A stretch of DNA of 64,000 nucleotides from an uncultured Solirubrobacteraceae bacterium (GTDB lineage Bacteria; Actinomycetota; Thermoleophilia; Solirubrobacterales; Solirubrobacteraceae), in assembly GCA_963800545.1 (NCBI GenBank), contig CAWDBJ010000002.1, positions 1,379 through 65,378 on the forward strand. Direction: 5' to 3'. The translations under genes were made by a program, and so were the position numbers. The notes beneath the pieces were generated by a model. It worked only from the letters and a program-made list of their open reading frames with translations. It ran no database searches and was not told where the DNA came from. Positions within the stretch are counted from its first letter, which is position 1. Each line of letters begins with the position of its first letter. Below are positions 58,206 to 64,000 of the stretch, one piece after another.

Positions 58206-59012
58206 GGCGGGCGCGAGAGCGGAACATCGTGCCCGCGGGCGGCCACCGGCGCGGCGGCCAGCAGCGGGCACCGCCACCTCGAGCACGGAGGCGAACACGG
58301 CGGTGCTCGAGGCCATCAGCTGACCCAGGGTCGCCACCGGCGTCGGCTCGCCCGGGATGACCTCGTTGGCGTAGTCGGTGACGAAGCCGATCAGCGCGTA
58401 GGGGAGCTCGAGCTCGCCGCAGAGCACCGTCTCGGGCCCGCCGGTCTGGCTGACGGCGGTCACGCCGCAGGCCGCCAGCTGGGCGATCTCCGTGGGCGTG
58501 TTGAAGCGCGGCCCATCGACGTGGCCGTAGACGCCGCCGTCGCGGGCGTCGTGGCCGGCCTGAGCGGCGCCGGCGAGCAGGGCGCCGCGCACGCCGCTCA
58601 GAGAACGGGCTGCCGTGGAGGATCCAGTGGCCGCGCCGCGGGATCGCCGGGCTCAACGAAGAACGTGCACAGCGAGCCGTCGGGCAGCCGGTTGGAGGGG
58701 AAGTGCAGGTCGTCGAAGACGACGAGGGAGCCGAGCGCCAGCGACGGGTCGACGGCCCCGCAGGCGGTGCAGCCGATGACGGCCGTCGCGCCCAGCTCGC
58801 CCAGCGCCCAGATGTCGGCCCGATGGGTGACCTGGTGAGACAGGCGCACGTGGCCGGCGCCGTGGCGGGAGACGTGCAGGACCTCGACCCCGGCAAACGT
58901 CCCCCGAGAGACCTCGACCGCGCCGAAGGGCGTCGCCACCGGCTCGGCGTCTGACCCGCTCGAACCCGGGTAGCGAGTGGGTCCCCGAACCGGTGATGAT
59001 GGCGACGGACAT
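58202..59012 (-). CDS. MTAP family purine nucleoside phosphorylase (frameshifted)
   Basis: IITGSG, TPFG, SRHG.GH, DGPRFNTPTEI, SQTGGPE, VTDYAN. Confidence 0.88.
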
Positions 59013-59436
59013 GGCGCGCGACTCTACTTCAGCCCCCGACGATTCCTGGGTCGTCCTCTACGACGGCGAGTGCAACTTCTGCCGCACGCTGCTGGCCGTC
59101 ATCCTGAGCGCCGACCGCGGGCGCCGGCTGCGCCCGCTGGCCATCCAGACCCCCGAGGGCGAACGGCTGCTGGCCGACCTCACGCCCGAGCAGCGGCTCG
59201 CCTCCTGGCACCTCGTCGCCCCCGACGGCCACCGCGAATCGGCCGGCGCGGCCGGCGCGCCGCTGCTGCGCCTGCTTCCCGGCGGCGCGGCCCCCGCGGC
59301 GCTGGTGGCCCGGGCACCGCGCCAGACCGAACAGGCCTACCAGTGGGTGGCCGGCCACCGCACCCAGCTCAGCCGGCTGGTCCCGAGCGCCGCCAAGCGC
59401 CGGGCGGCCGGGGTGGTCAGGCGGCGGACGGAATAG
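59011..59436 (+). CDS. DCC family thiol-disulfide oxidoreductase (DUF393)
   Basis: VLYDGECNFC, AYQWVAGHR. Confidence 0.85.
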   Translation: MARDSTSAPDDSWVVLYDGECNFCRTLLAVILSADRGRRLRPLAIQTPEGERLLADLTPEQRLASWHLVAPDGHRESAGAAGAPLLRLLPGGAAPAALVARAPRQTEQAYQWVAGHRTQLSRLVPSAAKRRAAGVVRRRTE

Positions 59437-59864
59437 CCGCCCGCTCGGCCTCGTGCTCGGCCAGCCAGGCGTCGAACACGTTGGCCTTGTGGGTGTCCTC
59501 GTAGACCTCGTACTCGGTCAGCCGTCCCCAGCGCAGCGTCCCCCAGATGACGAAGCGGTTCTCGTAGACCCGCTCGCCGCCGGGCCCATCGAGCATGGTC
59601 GTGACCGCGGACGCAGACGGTCGTGCGCCACGGGAAGCCCTTGAGCACGACCTCGTCGGGAAACGTCATGACCCCGGCCCGGACGAGGCGGCGCAGCCAG
59701 CGCTCGACCTCGGTCTTGCCGCGGAACACCCCCGACCACGAGTTCTGCCCGGGGAAGGTCAGCTGGACCTGCGGGTGGTCAAGCAGCAGCGTGGGCCGCA
59801 GGTCGCCCTGCCGGGTCCGCCCCATGACGAACGAGATGAGCCTGTGTCCGAGCCAGGATTGCAT
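59417..59864 (-). CDS. SnoaL/NTF2-like protein (frameshifted)
   Basis: FPGQNSWSGVFRGK, YENRFVIWG..RWGRLTEYEVYEDT. Confidence 0.75.
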
Positions 59865-59881
59865 CGCCAACCTCCGTACTA

Positions 59882-59897
59882 GATAGATCGCTCTATC
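59882..59897. promoter_or_regulatory. putative TetR operator
   Basis: Perfect inverted repeat GATAGA-TCGC-TCTATC between the divergent SnoaL and TetR genes. Confidence 0.7.
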
Positions 59898-59913
59898 GGG
59901 TACCGTACCGGAG

Positions 59914-60490
59914 ATGACTGACACTCGCGAGCGGATCATCGACTCCAGCGCCGAGCTGTTTCGCCGCCAGGGCTACACCGCCACCGGCGTCAAGCAGATC
60001 GTCACCGCCGCCCGGGCGCCCTTCGGCTCGATCTACCACCACTTCCCGGGGGGCAAGGAGCAGCTCGGAGCCGAGGCCATCCGCCGCTCCGGCGCCCTCT
60101 ATGAGCTGCTCATCCCGGCGGTCTTCGACCCCGCTCCCGACCTGCCGAGCGCCGTGCGGGCGTTCTTCGCCGGCGCGGCCGCGCACCTCGTGGAGACCGA
60201 CTACGAGGACGCCTGCCCGATCGCCACCGTGGCCCTCGAGGTCTCGAGCTCGAGCGAGACGATGCGCCAGGCGTGCGCCGAGGTGTTCGAGAGCTGGATC
60301 GCCGCCGGCCTGCCCCGGTTCACGGCGCGCCGGGCTCGACGACGACCGCCGCGCGCGAGCTCGTCGATCGGGATGATCTGCGCGCTCGAGGGCGCGTTCG
60401 TGCTGGCGCGGGCGACGCGCAGCCACGGAGGCGCTCCACGTCGCGGGCGAGCTGGTCGGCCGCGCGACGCGTCGAGCGCGAGCGCTCTAG
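59914..60490 (+). CDS. TetR family regulator (LmrA/YxaF-like)
   Basis: LFRRQGYTATGVKQI....APFGSIYHHFPGGKEQL, CPIATVALE. Confidence 0.92.
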
Positions 60491-61734
60491 TGCGGGACCC
60501 GGCCGCCGCCGGCGCCCGGCTCGCGTGGCCGGGCCGCGCGGCGCGGCGATGCCGAGCACCCGCATCGCCTTGAGGCCGAGCGACAGCTTCTCGCGGCCGT
60601 CCGTCGAGGAGACGTCGAGGCCGGTCAGCTCGCGGACGCGCTCGAAGCGGTAGCGGATCGTGTGGCGGTGGGTGATCAGCCGCGAGGCGGTGGCGTTGAC
60701 GTTGGCGTCGCAGTCCAGGAAGGTCGCCAGGGTGCCGAGCAGATCGGTCTCGTACTGCTCGTCGTAGGCGACGAGGGGGCGCACCGTCTCGGCGTAGAAG
60801 CGCTTGAGCTCGGCCGGGTCGCGACATGTAGGGCAGCAGCAGCTGGTAGGTCCCGGTCTCCTCGTAGGCGAGCGTCATCCGCTCGGCGTCGCCCTCGACG
60901 ACGTTGAGGGCCAGCAGCGCCTCGTTGTAGGCGCGGCCGAGGTCGAGCGGATCCTCGACGCGGCGGCTGCGGCCCAGGGCGAAGGCGAAGCCGGCCAGGC
61001 CGGACTCGAGCTCGCGCAGCACCGCGGCGGCGACGCGGCGGCCGGTGTCGCCGTCGCCGTCGGGGACGAGCATCACCACCTCGCCGGTGTCGGCCTCGGT
61101 CGGGGCGGCGATCGAGCCGGAGGCGATCGAGCGGGCGCCGCGGGCGCTGACGGCGAGCAGGCGGCGGCGCCAGTCGTCCTCGGTGGGGTTGCGCGGATGG
61201 GCGCGGACGACGGCGACGCTGGCGCCCGAGGACAGGTCGGTGCCGAGCTCCTTGCCGCGGGCGAGGAGGTCCTCGCGATCGTCGATCTGGCGGGCCGAGC
61301 ACCGCGCGCTGGAAGTCGGTGGCGGCCTCCTCGGAGGCGCGCTCGGGCGCGCGGACGCGCTCGACCTCGGAGGCGATGAGCGTCGTGACCAGCCGCAGCA
61401 GCGCGCTGTCGGAACCGGACTCGCCCGCGCGGCTGCGCATCCGCAGCTGGCCGACGGTCGTCTCGGCCACCCGCAGGTCGAGGGTGGTCACGCCGTCGGT
61501 GTCGCGCATCAGCGAGCGCTCGTCGGCCGGCGAACGCGCGGCGACCGCCAGCACGGTGGCCGAGCGATCGATGAGGATGAGGCTGGCGTCGAGCGCCCGG
61601 GCGGCCGCGCGGAGGATCTCGGGCAGCCCGGCACCGGCCTCGACGGCATCCGTGATGGCCGCGTAGGCCCCGAAGTCGGGGGTCCCGCCGGTCGATGAGC
61701 CGCCGCGCTGCGCGCTCTGAGCCAGGTCGCTCAC
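60487..61734 (-). CDS. PucR/CdaR family regulator
   Basis: C-terminal LLGTLATFLDCDANVNATASRLITHRHTIRYRFERVRELTG. Confidence 0.88.
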
Positions 61735-61743
61735 CTCGGGGGT

Positions 61744-61965
61744 CTAGAAGATCCGCGGCCACTCGAAGATGATCAGCGCGCCCAGGAGCACGCCGATCCC
61801 GACGAAGGCCGCCAGCACATACAGGGACAGAAAGGCGGCCGCCAGGCGATGCAGGGGCCGGCGATACGACGACATCGCGGGCACGAGCACCAGCGTGGCG
61901 AAGGCGACCACGACGATCAGGGCACAGCCGGCACCAACGATATATGTGATGGTCTGATTGCTCAC
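61744..61965 (-). CDS. small two-TM membrane protein
   Basis: VSNQTITYIVGAGCALIVVVAF...AAFLSLYVLAAFVGIG. Confidence 0.7.
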   Translation of the reverse strand: MSNQTITYIVGAGCALIVVVAFATLVLVPAMSSYRRPLHRLAAAFLSLYVLAAFVGIGVLLGALIIFEWPRIF

Positions 61966-62057
61966 GCGTCCAACCCTGATTGTGCCGAATGGCGGGGCGG
62001 ACCGAGGTCGACGCGCCACGTGGGCACCGCATCGAGCGCAAATTGCGGGCTTGTCGC

Positions 62058-62894
62058 TCAGTCGTTCGGCGCGAAGCGGCCATCCCCTGCGCGCACCGGC
62101 GTGGCCGCCACGCCCTCGCCGAGCTCGCCGGCGGCGTGGGCCGCGCGGGCCGGGCCGTCGGGGCCGACGAACAGGCCGATGACCGTAGGTCCCGAGCCGC
62201 AGACGAGCGCGTGGTCGGCGCCGGCGTTGCGCGCGGCCTCCAGCGCCTCGGCGATCCGGGGGGCCAGCGAGAGCGCCGCCGGCTCGAGGTCGTTGACCGC
62301 CCACTCCGTCTCCCCGTTGGTCATCCGCTCGAGCTCTGACGCCGAGCGCCCCAGGCCGAGCCGATCGGCCTCGCGGTAGACCGCGGCCGTCGAGAGGGCG
62401 AAGGGCTGCGGGAGGACGAGGACGCCGTAGGGGGCGAGCCCGTCAAGGGGGGTGATGACCTCGCCGGCCCCGGTGCCGAGGCTCGGGCCGGGGCGCAGCT
62501 GGCCGGGGACGTCGGCCCCCAGCGCGGCGGCGATCTCCGAGAGCACGTCGTCGTCGACGGCGGCCAGGCGCGACGCGCACCGCAGGACGGCGGCGGCGTC
62601 GGCCGATCCTCCGCCCATCCCGGCGGCCACCGGGATGCGCTTGTCGATGGTCACCCGGACCGGCGGAGCATCCCAGCCGGCCGCGCGCAGCGCCCGCAGC
62701 GCCTCCCCCACCAGGTTGGGGCCGCTGACCCCCGCGCAGCGGACCTCGTCGCCGGTGCCCACGCCGACCTCGAGCTCGAGCTCGTCACACAGGTCGATCG
62801 AGTCGAACACCGTGACCAGCCGATGGCGGCCATCGGAACGCGGCGGACCCAGGAACAGGCACAGGTTGATCTTGGCCGGCGCTCGCTCGAGCAT
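62058..62894 (-). CDS. ispE: 4-diphosphocytidyl-2-C-methyl-D-erythritol kinase
   Basis: APAKINL, KRIPVAAGMGGGSADAA, LGADVP, NDLE, GSGPT. Confidence 0.95.
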   Translation of the reverse strand: MLERAPAKINLCLFLGPPRSDGRHRLVTVFDSIDLCDELELEVGVGTGDEVRCAGVSGPNLVGEALRALRAAGWDAPPVRVTIDKRIPVAAGMGGGSADAAAVLRCASRLAAVDDDVLSEIAAALGADVPGQLRPGPSLGTGAGEVITPLDGLAPYGVLVLPQPFALSTAAVYREADRLGLGRSASELERMTNGETEWAVNDLEPAALSLAPRIAEALEAARNAGADHALVCGSGPTVIGLFVGPDGPARAAHAAGELGEGVAATPVRAGDGRFAPND

Positions 62895-63701
62895 CAGGCC
62901 AGCCGGGCCGCGAGCTCGCGGAACTCCGAGGGGCGAGCCGCTCGGCCCGCTCGTCGGCCGGGTGGCCGAGCTCGACCAGGGCCTCCCGTCGCCCGCTCGG
63001 CGCACGTCGCGATCGAAAGCGGGTGACAGGGCGAGCGAGCCCGCCAGCGCCTTGCGGCGGTGCGCGAAGGCCCCGTGGACGACGGCCCGCAGCGCGGCGT
63101 CGACATCGGCAGAGCCCGGCCGCCGCGACAGCCCCAGCAGGACGGAGTCGACGTTGGGGACCGGGCGGAACACCGTGCGGGAGACCGGGCGCAGGACCTT
63201 GACCTCGCAGGCCAGCTGGGCCAGGACCGAGGGCACCCCGTAGGCGCTCGTCCCCGGCGCGGCGGCAAAGCGCTCGCCGACCTCGCGCTGGACCATCACC
63301 ACCCACTCGGTGACGTGGTCAAGCTCGGCGATCGACTTGAGCACGATGGTGGCGGCCACCCCGTAGGGGAGGTTGGCGACCATCTTGGTGGGTGCCGGGA
63401 CCAGCCGCGCGAGGTCGAGCGCCAGCGCGTCGGCGAAGTGCAGGGTGACGGTGTCGCGGCCCGCCAGGGCGGTGCTCAGCCGCTCCTTGAGCCGCGGGTC
63501 GACCTCGACGACATGGACCCAGCCGGCGGCGTCGGCCAGCCGCGTGGAGAGCACCCCCAGCCCCCCACCAATCTCCAGCACGACGTCCTGGGCCGACACC
63601 GCGGCCAGGCGGGCGATGACGTCGAGGATGTTGGGGTCGACCAGGAAGTTCTGGCCGAGCTCCCGCTGGCGCGCCGAGCGCGCGGGCATCGAGCTCACCA
63701 T
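62894..63701 (-). CDS. rsmA: 16S rRNA adenine dimethyltransferase
   Basis: LGQNFLVD, LEIGGGLG, ANLPY, MVQREV, FRPVPNVDS. Confidence 0.95.
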
Positions 63702-64000
63702 CCGAAGACGGCGGCGGCGCTCTCCTGCACCTCGCGCTCGAGCTCGTCGTAGCCGACCCGCCGCTGCGCGGCGATCGCCTGAGCGGTCAGCGCCACGTTG
63801 GCCGGCTGGTTGGGTTTGCCACGTCGCGGCTGGGGCGAGAGGTAGGGCGCGTCGGTCTCGACGAGCAGGCGCCGGCCGGGGACCGCCAGGGCGGCGGTCA
63901 TCAGGTCGGCGTTCTTCGGGTAGGTGGCGTTGCCGGCGAACGACAGCCACCAGTCCTCGTGGGCGAGGCACTCCTGCACCCGGGCGGCCATCGAGAAGCA
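63695..64000 (-). CDS. tatD: TatD family DNase, 3' part
   Basis: SFAGNATY, LLVETDAPYLSP.P.RGKPNQP. Confidence 0.92.
   Translation of the reverse strand, partial: CFSMAARVQECLAHEDWWLSFAGNATYPKNADLMTAALAVPGRRLLVETDAPYLSPQPRRGKPNQPANVALTAQAIAAQRRVGYDELEREVQESAAAVFGW

Overview
High-GC (roughly 70-75% by eye) actinobacterial chromosome segment. Gene content (Mce/MlaD operon, csrA, many leaderless genes) suggests Thermoleophilia/Solirubrobacterales; this assignment is inference. Most genes carry 1-bp indels, including essential ones (eno, glmU, prs, mfd), which points to long-read consensus error, so many CDS ends are approximate joins across frames. The right half is the conserved minus-strand core block tatD-rsmA-ispE...tRNA-Gln-glmU-prs...rplY-pth-mfd-prsA-mazG-eno-divIC, followed by csrA. 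The left half holds catabolic and transport genes, a c-di-AMP riboswitch ahead of an M23 peptidase, ppx, a six-gene Mce operon, tRNA-Leu(UAA), an ECF-ZAS fusion sigma factor and selD. The best leads are: (1) an unannotated ~185-nt structured RNA after ppx with its own promoter and terminator; (2) an HNH endonuclease with a LexA-type box, placed between tRNA-Gln and glmU; (3) a ~0.9-kb recoded, skew-reversed (GRINS-like) tract inside one mce gene; (4) a zinc-ribbon rhomboid lacking both catalytic residues. No CRISPR array, integrase or transposase was seen.
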